Assembly (NCBI GenBank): GCA_963807605.1
Contig: CAWECG010000003.1
Span: 192,001 to 256,000 of the forward strand
Length of the DNA: 64,000 bases
Direction of reading: 5' to 3'
Source of the DNA: Candidatus Bathyarchaeota archaeon
GTDB taxonomy: Archaea > Thermoproteota > Bathyarchaeia > 40CM-2-53-6 > RBG-13-38-9
Of the stretch, positions 10,521 to 20,123 are shown in pieces. The position numbers and the translations under genes are program-made. The notes below the pieces were generated by a model. The model searched no databases, was not told the DNA's origin, and was given only the letters and a program-made list of their open reading frames with translations. Position 1 is the stretch's first letter; each line of letters starts with the position of its first letter.

Positions 10521-11206
10521 TATGCTTGTACCACGGATATTGTTTGTTGAGTGACGACCTGCCCACCTTGCAGATCGTACGTTAGTACGTCTTGCGGATT
10601 CGTTACCCCCGGTGGACCGTGTCCATAGATGTTGGGGGGGCCCATACCCACGACGTAAATGTCGCGACTCTTCTCGTCATATTCAAGCATCACTTGTGGA
10701 ACAGGTCTGGAAGCTGGTCCTCCTATCACCCGAGCGGCTTGAGTGAAATCGTACTGTGAGCCGTGACAGCAGCAATAAGCCATTGGGACGTTAGCTTTGT
10801 ACAAGGCATTACATGGTGGAGATGTGCCTGGTGGTTGGAATCCGTAGTAGCAGCCTAGATGTTGACAGATCTGGCTGAAGGCAACTATATCACCATCTGG
10901 TCCGACACCATTCTCTGCTTTCACACCTAGCTTGATGAGGAGATTTGGAGTGTTGGCTAGTGGATAGTTGAATCGGAGAGGCTTCAGCGATTCCAAGGAT
11001 CCAGCGTTTATTAACTTCAGTTTGGGCCATGCAAGTGTCGTAGTGGTGCCTGGGGCTCCCGTTGTTGGTGGAGGGACATAGGTTAGGATTCTGAGGCCGC
11101 TAATCGCCCCTGCGATTGTTGCTACTGCACCGGCGGTAAGCATAGACTTCAGAAAGTTTCTCTTTCCTTTGGCCGGCTCAGTCTTTTCTTCACCACTCGA
11201 ACTCAT
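10520..11206 (-). CDS. Rieske [2Fe-2S] protein with Tat-type signal (archaeal SoxF/SoxL-like)
   Basis: KRNFLK + TM; CQHLGC and CCCHGSQYD boxes with a long insert; GGPA. Confidence 0.93.
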   Translation of the reverse strand: MSSSGEEKTEPAKGKRNFLKSMLTAGAVATIAGAISGLRILTYVPPPTTGAPGTTTTLAWPKLKLINAGSLESLKPLRFNYPLANTPNLLIKLGVKAENGVGPDGDIVAFSQICQHLGCYYGFQPPGTSPPCNALYKANVPMAYCCCHGSQYDFTQAARVIGGPASRPVPQVMLEYDEKSRDIYVVGMGPPNIYGHGPPGVTNPQDVLTYDLQGGQVVTQQTISVVQA

Positions 11207-11642
11207 TAGATAAATGGCTCCTTATTCATGGAATTGATGACATACTATTGGTCAACGAGAAGAACGATTTTTAACGCGCATGAGGTAAACTTCGGCTGAG
11301 TTGTCCCACACATTTCTGATCTGTCTGTGCAAATTTAAGGCTATTCCAGAATTGGCACGGGCACTAAACGCCGGATTGTGATATTTCAGCACATGTTGTG
11401 ATTCGACTGCCGACACTGTCCTTCTTCAATAGTAGAAGCTTTTGATAACTGAAAATTAATTGTAGATCTAGTTGATTTTGCGTCCAGAAGAAGAGCAAGA
11501 TCGAAAGTAAGAATAAACAAATGAAAAGAATTCCGATAAATTGCTGATAATAGTAGAGATTCTCAAACTCTTAGGCTCGGAATGGTGGTTGGAAAACGCT
11601 TCCGGGCAGGAGATAGCGAGAATCAAAGGAAGGTGCGCTCGT

Positions 11643-12506
11643 TCACAACTCAGCCACCTTGTCGACAATCAGCGCAAGCATGATGCACACCAAGTAGAGA
11701 ATTGACAACTTGAACAGCTTGAAGCCTTCATCTTGAGAGGGAGAACTGATGAGCTTCCAGCTTTTCCACAGAAGTGCGAGACCGCCAACCCCGGCGATGA
11801 TGGAGTAAACTAACCCCATTAGGCCAAGCATGGGAAAGAGGAGAGAAGATGCCAAAGTGAATAGGTTGAAGAGGAAAATGTACCGCGCCGCTCTTCTGAG
11901 ACCGAGCGTGACGGACAGCATAGGCACACCAGCCCGTCGGTATTCGTTGACTTTGCTCGTGGCAAGCCCCCACAAATGTCCAGGAGTCCATAAGAAATCC
12001 AGCAAGGCCACGAGAACCGGAGTCAACCCAATGATATTGCCGGTTGCTGCCCATCCGGATAGCGCCGCGAAACTGCCGGAGACTCCCCCTATTACAACAT
12101 TCCAGTCGCTTCTACGTTTCAGCCATAGAGTGTAAACGAAGAGGTAGACGATTGCTCCGGCTGAAACCATGACAAACGTGAGTCTGTCGAAGACAAAGTA
12201 TGTGACGGAAAGACTCACTATCAGCATCATGAGACCGTAGACCAGAGCGTTGCGTGGCGTTATTGCGCCGGACGGAATCGACCTTCTGGAGGTTCTATTC
12301 ATGAGCTTGTCCAAGTCTCGGTCGTAGTAGGAGTTCAACGCTCCGCAGCCACCCACCGCCAGATAGCCTACGATTCCAAACAACACTAGAGTTACCCAAT
12401 CGATTCGTGGGAGCTGTGCGAGAACGAAGCAGGTCATGCCAACGAGAACATTGAGACCCGTGACTCTGGGTTTGGTTAATTCTAGGTATTTGCTCAGTGC
12501 CGCCGT
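11643..12506 (-). CDS. ctaB: Protoheme IX farnesyltransferase (heme O synthase)
   Basis: YLELTKPRV N-terminus upstream of the track ATG; NSYYDRDLDKLMNRT, YTLWLKRR, WTPGHLW; start appears non-canonical (ACG 12506 or CTG 12497). Confidence 0.9.
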   Translation of the reverse strand, partial: TAALSKYLELTKPRVTGLNVLVGMTCFVLAQLPRIDWVTLVLFGIVGYLAVGGCGALNSYYDRDLDKLMNRTSRRSIPSGAITPRNALVYGLMMLIVSLSVTYFVFDRLTFVMVSAGAIVYLFVYTLWLKRRSDWNVVIGGVSGSFAALSGWAATGNIIGLTPVLVALLDFLWTPGHLWGLATSKVNEYRRAGVPMLSVTLGLRRAARYIFLFNLFTLASSLLFPMLGLMGLVYSIIAGVGGLALLWKSWKLISSPSQDEGFKLFKLSILYLVCIMLALIVDKVAEL

Positions 12507-12581
12507 GGCTCGTCACCTAGTCAAGATCAGTGATCTGGAAGCATATCCTGAATCCCGCCTTCTCCCCGACCTCCATCCTCT

Positions 12582-12884
12582 TCACATGCCATACATGCCG
12601 GCCATGCCGCTCATGGTGCCCATGAGAAGCGATGTGATGGCTAGCAGTGCGACTATTATGAAGGCGACTAACGGGAGGACCGCAAGGGTCCAGGGCTCAT
12701 AACGCAGTCCCATGTAGTACAAAGCGATTAGTATCGCCTTAGTGCAGGCAATACCGACAATGACGATGACGATCAGTGAAACGCCGACAGTCGGCAGTGA
12801 CCGCGTTAACACTTCCATGATTGTGCCTGTGACCAGAACAGCCCACATGACTGCGTAGAATATTTTTGGTTTCACACTAATCAC
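12582..12884 (-). CDS. Heme-copper oxidase subunit IV family
   Basis: 3 TM, KAILIALYYMGLRYE motif; Met-rich C-terminal tail. Confidence 0.85.
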   Translation of the reverse strand: MISVKPKIFYAVMWAVLVTGTIMEVLTRSLPTVGVSLIVIVIVGIACTKAILIALYYMGLRYEPWTLAVLPLVAFIIVALLAITSLLMGTMSGMAGMYGM

Positions 12885-15209
12885 CTAAATCAAGTAGAAG
12901 AGCGGAAAGAGGAACATCCAGAATACGTCGACGAAGTGCCAGTAGATGCCTATGTTCTCGACACCCACGTGTTGCTGGGCGCTAAACCTTCCTTTCTGAG
13001 CCTTGACAAGTAGGTAGAGAATGGCGACCAGCCCCACGCCAACATGTATTCCGTGCGCACCAGTCGTGACATAGTAGGTGGAAGCAGGCAGCCCGCTCCA
13101 AATACTGAAGCCCTTCCCCATCAGCTCCCACCATTCATATTCTTTTATCAGCAGAAATGTGGTGCCCAATCCAAACGTGGCTAAGAGCCACATCTTCAGT
13201 CCTCGAAGATTGCCCACCTTGATAGATTCGCGGGCCATTATCATCCCAAAACTGCTGGTCAACAGTATGATCGTGTTCACCGCGCCTATTGGGACGCTAT
13301 GGATCTCGTATGAGATCGGCCATGAGGGACTTCCCGCTCTCACATACAAATAAGCCGCGATCAGTGATCCGAACAGGACGGCCTCCGACGCCAGAAACAC
13401 CCATACGCCGAGTCTGTCTTTGGATAGAGGGGTGAGCGGCCATTTCTCCAAGCCAGATTCCTCACTGGACGCGTATCTGTCGTACGTGTAGTCCCAGAAC
13501 CAAACGCCCAGACCTAGGGCAACTATGGCAATTCCCAGCACCATAAACGACGGGTACAAGGATAGTGTGAACAGAAACGTCGTCACTCCAATCGCCAGAA
13601 TTAGGGGGATCGATGTGGAGCCCTCTTCGCTTCTGTCTATGTAGCTTCGCTTGGTCTCTGAGGAAGGCTGCTCGAGTAAAGTGTGGGGAACGGATGATAT
13701 CTCGGGGCCTTCAACGCCTTCCTGCCACTCAGGCTGCGGTGATTTCCAAGGGTTGCTTGAGGTTAGTTTCCCTCTTTTCGTGCTCAGCGCAAGATTCGCG
13801 AGCAACAAAAGCAAAGACGGCCCAAATATGTAGGCGCCTATAGTTGAGGTGAAATTCCAAAACCACCAGGCAGGATTAGCATACGAAAAGACTCTTCTCG
13901 GCATATCCACAAGGAAGAACATAGGGAAGTAGAGAAGGTTAAACCCGAGAAAAGAAAGCCAGAAGCTTACTTTTCCAAGCTTCTCGTTGTACATCCTGCC
14001 CGTAATCTTCGGGAACCAGTAATAGAGGCCAGCGGAGGCTGCGAAAATAACAAGTCCAACCATCACGTAGTGAAAGTGAGCTACGACAAAATAGGTCCCT
14101 CTGAGAGCATAATCGAGAGGTATTGAGGATTGGAATACACCAGTTATCCCGCCAATAATGAAGACGAAGATCGCCCCCAATGCAAAAATCATGGGTGTCT
14201 GCAATCTTATGGAGCCCTTACGGAGAGTAAGTATTATGCAAACAATTGCCATCTCGGTGGGGATCGAGATCAATTGCGTCGTTATAGAGAACGCTGTCCT
14301 AACTTCGAGGCTTATCCCCGTTGTGAACATGTGATGAACCCAAACTATGAAACTAAAGATGGAAACCGATCCTAAACCCACGACGATCTTGTTCTTTTCG
14401 AATAGCGGTCTTCTTGCGAACGCGCTAACGACCTCACCCAAAACTCCGAGAGCTGGAAGAGCAACGATGTAGACTTCCGGATGGCCAAAGAACCAGAAAA
14501 GCTGATCCCATAGAATCGAACCGCCTTCGGTGGAGACTAAATAGACAGTGCCCAGTATTCTGTCTGATGCAAGCAGGAGAAGGCCCACAGCTAAAGACGG
14601 AAATGCAAACAACATCATGGCGACTGCAAAAAGAATGCACCATGTGAAGATGGGGAGTCTTGACCAAGTCATTCCGGTTTTTCTGGTCACCAGTATGGTT
14701 GTCATGAAATTGACGGATGAAATAACGATCGAGGCTGCTAGCATAGCTACGGCCAGCGCGGCTAATGTCATCCCGAGTTCTGGGTTGTACTTCAACGTGC
14801 TGAGCGGTGCGTAGATCGTCCATCCTGTGATCGGTGCTCCCCCGGGTAGGAAGACTGTGCTCGCAAGTGTCACACCGCTGAAAAGGTACAACCAGTAGCT
14901 TAGTGCGTTCAGGCGGGGAAATGCCAAGTCTCGGGCACCTATTTGTAGTGGTACAATGTAATTGGCGAACCCGAAACCCATGGGCGAGGCGAACCATAGA
15001 ATTCCGAACAAGCCGAGAAGCGTTACACCCTGCTCGTAAGCTGACGACGTAATTAGATCTTGCCCAGGAAAGGCCAACTGAGACCTCAGGAGTACGCCTA
15101 TAGCTCCCACCAAAACGAGAAAGCACAGAGACGTGACTATGTAGAGTATGCCAATATCTTTGTGATAAGTTGTTGTAAGCCACCTCTTGAGGCCAAAACC
15201 TTTCGGCAT
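12885..15209 (-). CDS. coxA: Heme-copper oxidase subunit I fused to subunit III (A1-type, SoxM-like)
   Basis: HKDIG, GARDLAFPRLN, GWTIY, WFFGHPEVY, WVHHMF, AHFHYV, MPRR; subunit III part FLASE, TGAHGIHV, YWHFVD; helix II His replaced by Leu. Confidence 0.95.
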   Translation of the reverse strand: MPKGFGLKRWLTTTYHKDIGILYIVTSLCFLVLVGAIGVLLRSQLAFPGQDLITSSAYEQGVTLLGLFGILWFASPMGFGFANYIVPLQIGARDLAFPRLNALSYWLYLFSGVTLASTVFLPGGAPITGWTIYAPLSTLKYNPELGMTLAALAVAMLAASIVISSVNFMTTILVTRKTGMTWSRLPIFTWCILFAVAMMLFAFPSLAVGLLLLASDRILGTVYLVSTEGGSILWDQLFWFFGHPEVYIVALPALGVLGEVVSAFARRPLFEKNKIVVGLGSVSIFSFIVWVHHMFTTGISLEVRTAFSITTQLISIPTEMAIVCIILTLRKGSIRLQTPMIFALGAIFVFIIGGITGVFQSSIPLDYALRGTYFVVAHFHYVMVGLVIFAASAGLYYWFPKITGRMYNEKLGKVSFWLSFLGFNLLYFPMFFLVDMPRRVFSYANPAWWFWNFTSTIGAYIFGPSLLLLLANLALSTKRGKLTSSNPWKSPQPEWQEGVEGPEISSVPHTLLEQPSSETKRSYIDRSEEGSTSIPLILAIGVTTFLFTLSLYPSFMVLGIAIVALGLGVWFWDYTYDRYASSEESGLEKWPLTPLSKDRLGVWVFLASEAVLFGSLIAAYLYVRAGSPSWPISYEIHSVPIGAVNTIILLTSSFGMIMARESIKVGNLRGLKMWLLATFGLGTTFLLIKEYEWWELMGKGFSIWSGLPASTYYVTTGAHGIHVGVGLVAILYLLVKAQKGRFSAQQHVGVENIGIYWHFVDVFWMFLFPLFYLI

Positions 15210-15212
15210 GCG

Positions 15213-15866
15213 CTAACTTCCTTTTGATTGATTGAGCCACTGGTTGAATGCCGCGGGATCCATCGCTATCAGTGTGGCCATCATCTGCGTGTGGCCCATC
15301 CCGCACATCTCGTAGCACATAATAGTGTACCGGCGTTCAGTTGCTCCATCCAAGGGAGGCGCAACCACCCGGAGCGTGTTGTATCTGCCGGGAATCGCAT
15401 CGATCTTTAGTTTGAAGTCGGGAAGACCGAAACTATGGTAGACATCAATGCTTGTAACGTTGAAAATAATGGCTTTTCCAACTGGAACTCTACACTCCCC
15501 CACGATCTCTAGACCGTTTGGATACTTAAACCGGAAGTTGAACTGAAACGCCGTGACTTGAATGACTAATGATTCCGAGAGGGGCGGAATCCGTTCGATC
15601 TCGAGTGCCAACATTGTGCTCTCGACTACCAGACCGGCCAGAATCCCAGAGGTAGCCAAGACCAGCATCAGCACGACTCTAGCTGTTCTTCCCTCAGGCA
15701 AGAGATCTGTTGGTTTCTTGCCTAACGACTCTCCTTTGCACCTGTACCTAACAATAAAGTAAATCATGAATCCAACTACGATGGTGCCTATTGCCAGACC
15801 CAAGTAGAGGTACGTATCAAACAACGCCCACCAATGTTGGGCAGATATTGGAATTGGCTCGGCCAC
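15213..15866 (-). CDS. coxB: Heme-copper oxidase subunit II with CuA site
   Basis: 2 TM, DVYHSF, DAIPG, CYEMCGMGHTQM. Confidence 0.95.
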   Translation of the reverse strand: MAEPIPISAQHWWALFDTYLYLGLAIGTIVVGFMIYFIVRYRCKGESLGKKPTDLLPEGRTARVVLMLVLATSGILAGLVVESTMLALEIERIPPLSESLVIQVTAFQFNFRFKYPNGLEIVGECRVPVGKAIIFNVTSIDVYHSFGLPDFKLKIDAIPGRYNTLRVVAPPLDGATERRYTIMCYEMCGMGHTQMMATLIAMDPAAFNQWLNQSKGS

Positions 15867-16461
15867 AAGTCGGCCCTCGTCTATTGATTACCCCGCATGT
15901 AACGGACTCGGAGCGTGACCATAATCAATTCCCTGTGTGGATATAAGCAGTTCGCCGAGCCATTACCGCACTTCATTCATTTGACTTTGCTTCCTCAAAA
16001 CAGATCAGCGGGGCATGTCATGCGGCGTATCCCACCGACACCGCGATGCTCAGTGATATGATTGCCAGTGCGAGGCATGCTATCTCCAACCAAGTTTGCT
16101 GATCTTCTCGAAGTTTGGCTTCCTGTACACGTAGAGTAGCATGGAGAACGCACGTGCGTAGTACGGGGCTGAAGAAGTGCCGAAGACTCTTGCTCCACGA
16201 GAAGATCAACGAACTAGAGGTATGCAGCGACGAGGGGAGGAAGCGCAGAAGGAGAATCGAAATCAGATTTCCTATGCTTCATAATTCCTACCGCTCATAC
16301 TCACGGCCTCTTCTTATGAAGAGCACAGATTACGCGCACGTTACGGCAATCAATGACCAAGAGCGTGGTTGACTTGACCGGCATAGAGTCTCTTGTGGCC
16401 ATTGTTGAATCCGGCAATGGTGAAACAGAAAGCGAAATCTTGAAACGTCGGTGACTGCGCT

Positions 16462-16785
16462 TCACGTTGGTGGCTTTCTTCGAGCTTTTATGGAGTAGTA
16501 TATGAACGATATGACGAACCAGAAGATCAAGTCATAAACCAGGTAGCTCCATTCGATCACATAAAGAGCTTCGGTACTACCTGCCTTTGTGACGAAACCC
16601 CATGGAATGCCCCAGTAGGACATCCCTATAGTCGACGTTGGCAGGGGTGCAGACCAGACTACTCCAAAATACTTGATCACGATTTGCACTACTGGAAAGA
16701 GTATTGTCAAGCCGATTGTTAATCCAAGGCTCTTGGAGAATACCTTAAACCAGTCCATACGTCGGTTCACACCTAGAGAGTCCAC
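16462..16785 (-). CDS. Small 2-TM hypothetical protein (GxPW family)
   Basis: Two hydrophobic segments; YWGIPWG and YDLIFW resemble ORF 45573-45830. Confidence 0.65.
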   Translation of the reverse strand: MDSLGVNRRMDWFKVFSKSLGLTIGLTILFPVVQIVIKYFGVVWSAPLPTSTIGMSYWGIPWGFVTKAGSTEALYVIEWSYLVYDLIFWFVISFIYYSIKARRKPPT

Positions 16786-16920
16786 ATGTAGCTATAAGAA
16801 TTATTGCAAGTCGAACTAATCATTTGACCAACATTCAATAATGCCGGTTTTATCATGTAGTTGATCATCACACCTGTTGGACAAACGGTTAGTAAAGGTC
16901 GTTCATACGCACGCGTAAAT

Positions 16921-18321
16921 CTAGAGTAGCCCCGCTCGACTAAGCCTTAGAAACGTACTCTGATTACTTCGCCGTCTCAAAAGTGAGCTTACGGCAAAAT
17001 AGTTGATACCAGAACTGAGTTCCCTCCATGAAGGCAGGATAAGCTGTTCACGAGGGCGATCGTTAAGGAAGTTTAACCTAAACTGCCTGTGGAACCTTCG
17101 GAATCGTCGCAGATCCGTCTCTCTTGAATAATTCAGCCTCTTATCGATCGAGATCTGATTCTGAAGCTTACTGAAAACGTCCCAGTACTCAGGCAGCAAC
17201 GCAAGAGTCTCCTTTCTGTACTGCGAAATGACTCGCTCCCTTTCCTGCTTGGAAAGCCCAATCCCTTCACTTTCAAGAGTCCTAAGAATTCTGTTTGTTA
17301 TCTGGGATATCATAACATCCAAACCCCTGGCAGATTGCCCTATATGAAAGAATGTCTCGAGATCCACCTGACCTATCGCTGATGGGGAAAATTTCCTTAT
17401 CGACTGATTGAGAATTGAAAACTCGACACTATAGTCGCTTGGGAAGCAGATATTCTCGAGTAGGTCTCGTCTGGCCGAAAATTCGCCTGATAGCGGATAC
17501 TTGATCGAGTCAAATCCCTCGAATATTTCTGGAAACTCCTTTGTGAGAATCCGTAACAGAGGGATTGAGAAGAGCCTCGTTACACGCCCGCCGAAGGTGA
17601 AGGCGTCGTATGGAGGTTCGTAGGTCATCGTTAACCTGTCGTAATGTGCTTTGATCATTGCGAAGCTATGCCCTCCGTTACCCCAGTCCTCTACGATCGG
17701 ATGACATAGTGAAACGGCGAACTCCTTGGCGAAGTTCATGATGTCTGAATCAAGGAAGCACAGAACATCTCCCTTGGTCATAGGTAGGGCAAGCCATAGT
17801 GCAGCCCCCTTCCCTTGAGGAACGACCTTGATGCCGGCCTTCTTAGGGACACCAAACTTCTCGAGCACATGGAAAAGGTTCTCATCAAACTGATGAACAG
17901 TACGCACTATGAAATCGAAGAAGCCCCTTTTGGCATTCATGACCTCTGCTCGATTCCCTCTTAGGAGTCTAACCTGTTTCCCGAAAAGGTCCAGCTCCTC
18001 GTACGCTGTCTCCACAACCTTGTTTAGGGTTGAGAAGTCTGCTCTGCCACGGTGACCGGTTGAGCCGTCGATAACAACGATCTCATCGAGGTAACCTAGG
18101 TCGATGAGTTTGCTACACTCTGAGAGTACCCTCTTCAGAACGTCGAGTTCGAGTTCACGATTTTTCCTGCCGACGTCGATTTTTGTAGGTATGACTAGAG
18201 ATATCGCCAACGGCCTTGGTAGGTCTGCCTCATCGCGAATTAGACTATTCAGCTTCTTATCTAGACATTCCTCCATGTTGAAATGCCTGTATGATCCTAG
18301 ATTAGTAACCCCAGAAGTCAT
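16921..18321 (-). CDS. gpgS: Glucosyl-3-phosphoglycerate synthase-like glycosyltransferase (GT-A fold)
   Basis: GKGAALW, FLDSD, GGRVTRL, YPLSGEF, YSVE. Confidence 0.8.
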   Translation of the reverse strand: MTSGVTNLGSYRHFNMEECLDKKLNSLIRDEADLPRPLAISLVIPTKIDVGRKNRELELDVLKRVLSECSKLIDLGYLDEIVVIDGSTGHRGRADFSTLNKVVETAYEELDLFGKQVRLLRGNRAEVMNAKRGFFDFIVRTVHQFDENLFHVLEKFGVPKKAGIKVVPQGKGAALWLALPMTKGDVLCFLDSDIMNFAKEFAVSLCHPIVEDWGNGGHSFAMIKAHYDRLTMTYEPPYDAFTFGGRVTRLFSIPLLRILTKEFPEIFEGFDSIKYPLSGEFSARRDLLENICFPSDYSVEFSILNQSIRKFSPSAIGQVDLETFFHIGQSARGLDVMISQITNRILRTLESEGIGLSKQERERVISQYRKETLALLPEYWDVFSKLQNQISIDKRLNYSRETDLRRFRRFHRQFRLNFLNDRPREQLILPSWRELSSGINYFAVSSLLRRRSNQSTFLRLSRAGLL

Positions 18322-18331
18322 GAATTCACAC

Positions 18332-18979
18332 TCAAAGTCTGTTCTCTAGAAAGAGCAGGGCCTGACTGAAATCTTGGGTGACAAGATCTGCTGTCTGCCT
18401 CAGTCTTTCTACTTTTGGTCTGTAGACTATTGAAATATCCGCTTCCTTGAGCATGCAGTAATCAGCATCACTATCTCCTACGGCCACGGTTCTTCCACCC
18501 AGAGCATCTTGGAGTGATCTTAGTAGCCGAAGTTTGCAGATCAGATATTCTTTGCAGCCTGGAATCTTCAAGCATCCGACTGCGGTGAAGACCTGTCCTG
18601 TCAATAAGTCCCCCTCAAATCGTAGCACGTTTCCATGTACGAGATCTAACGTAAGCCTGTCTTTGAGTCGGTCAGCAAGAAACTTGTAGCCGTCGGTGGC
18701 TAGGACAACTGTGAAGCCCTTGTCCTTCAAGAACGAGATGAACTGATGAACACCTTCGTTCAGAGGAATCGAATCGAAGACATCCTCGAAGTCTGACCTT
18801 CTTCTTCCGGCGAAGAGCTCAACGATCTTCATAGTTACCAACGACCTAGGAGCATGCCTGAACTGACGATCTATTTCTTTAAGTCTTGAGCCGTAGCCGA
18901 ATTCCTCACATAGAACGTCTATCGATCTCTTCGCCAGTACTGTCCCATCCATGTCCAGGATAGCAGAATCAGTTCTCAA
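18332..18979 (-). CDS. HAD-superfamily phosphatase (SerB-like)
   Basis: DMDGT motif I, ATDG, K, GDSDAD motif IV. Confidence 0.88.
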   Translation of the reverse strand: MRTDSAILDMDGTVLAKRSIDVLCEEFGYGSRLKEIDRQFRHAPRSLVTMKIVELFAGRRRSDFEDVFDSIPLNEGVHQFISFLKDKGFTVVLATDGYKFLADRLKDRLTLDLVHGNVLRFEGDLLTGQVFTAVGCLKIPGCKEYLICKLRLLRSLQDALGGRTVAVGDSDADYCMLKEADISIVYRPKVERLRQTADLVTQDFSQALLFLENRL

Positions 18980-20123
18980 TAGTCTGACCTCGGGACTCTG
19001 TTGCCTGTTTATACACTTCGAGCGTCCTCTCAGCTACCAACTCCCAATTGAATAGTCTCTGAACTCTCTTTCTACCTTCCATTCCCATTTCTTGACGAAG
19101 TGATGAGTTCTTCAGCAGACGTGTGAGAGCTTCAGCAAGTCCATAGTGATCTCCGGGTCTGACAAGGATCCCAGTGACACCATCCTCAATGACCTCTGGA
19201 ATAGCGTAGTGATCGAAGGCGACTACCGGTTTGGCTGACGCTTGGGCCTCGGCGAGGGTCAAACCGAAACCCTCCCACATGCTTGGCGAGCAGAAGATAT
19301 CGCAGGCAGCGAATAATGATGGAACCTCATCTTCAGGAACATGTCCTGTGAATAGCAGCGCATTCCGCGTCGTGGATGAGGATATGAGATCCATGAGTCT
19401 AACTTGGTCGAATCTTGTTCCACCTGCTATTACAAATTTGGCTTCGGGCAGCTGCCGTAAAATTAGAGGTACAGCCCTCAGTAGAAAACGAAGTCCTTTG
19501 TAGGGATCCATCCTTCCAAGGAATAGCACAGTGGGAGAATCAGCGATTCCATACTCATCTCTAAGTCTCGATCCATCAATTTCTGGATGGAACCGCTCAT
19601 CGTCGACCCCGTTATACACTACCGAGATTCTCGGTCCATCAAGGCGGTAGAACCTAGTCAACACGCTCTTGAGGTACTGACTTACCGCAATAACTCTGTC
19701 TACTCCAGCGTGGAGGGCGACGAACGTTCCAAGAGCATGATCCGTCATCTTGAGTTTCTGAACTGGATTAATCCAATCTAATGTCGGCGCATAACCGTGG
19801 AACGTGAAGACATGTGGGATTCTTCTTAGCACTTGTACAAAGACGCCGGTGAATACGTCGGGATGATACTGTGTGTGGACTATGTCAAAGTCTTCGATCT
19901 GCAATCCGCATCTAGTCATAAAGCCCAAGTTGCGGATGAAAGGAGTGTTTGAGCCTTTGAACTTCACTTCGGTGATATTGGCCGGTGAGCTATCACCCTC
20001 AACTCTGAGCGTGAAGATCCTGACTTCGACTCCTTTCTGTTTAAGCCTCTTTGAGAGTTCGCGGATGTGAACAGTCTGCCCTGAAGCTTTATGAAGCGTA
20101 GTCCTCACCATGGCGACTCTCAG
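18969..20123 (-). CDS. Glycosyltransferase family 4
   Basis: VYNGVD, GRMDPYKG, EGFGLTLAEA; GGAGGTGA SD points to a CTG start at 20123 (MRVAMV). Confidence 0.9.
   Translation of the reverse strand: MRVAMVRTTLHKASGQTVHIRELSKRLKQKGVEVRIFTLRVEGDSSPANITEVKFKGSNTPFIRNLGFMTRCGLQIEDFDIVHTQYHPDVFTGVFVQVLRRIPHVFTFHGYAPTLDWINPVQKLKMTDHALGTFVALHAGVDRVIAVSQYLKSVLTRFYRLDGPRISVVYNGVDDERFHPEIDGSRLRDEYGIADSPTVLFLGRMDPYKGLRFLLRAVPLILRQLPEAKFVIAGGTRFDQVRLMDLISSSTTRNALLFTGHVPEDEVPSLFAACDIFCSPSMWEGFGLTLAEAQASAKPVVAFDHYAIPEVIEDGVTGILVRPGDHYGLAEALTRLLKNSSLRQEMGMEGRKRVQRLFNWELVAERTLEVYKQATESRGQTIEN

Noticed and set aside
14434-15318. 294-aa alternative-frame ORF inside coxA/coxB
   Set aside because: Fully overlaps well-supported genes and has no recognisable motifs.
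15995-16372. Three short overlapping ORFs upstream of coxB
   Set aside because: No coherent frame or SD; at most a degraded membrane-gene remnant.
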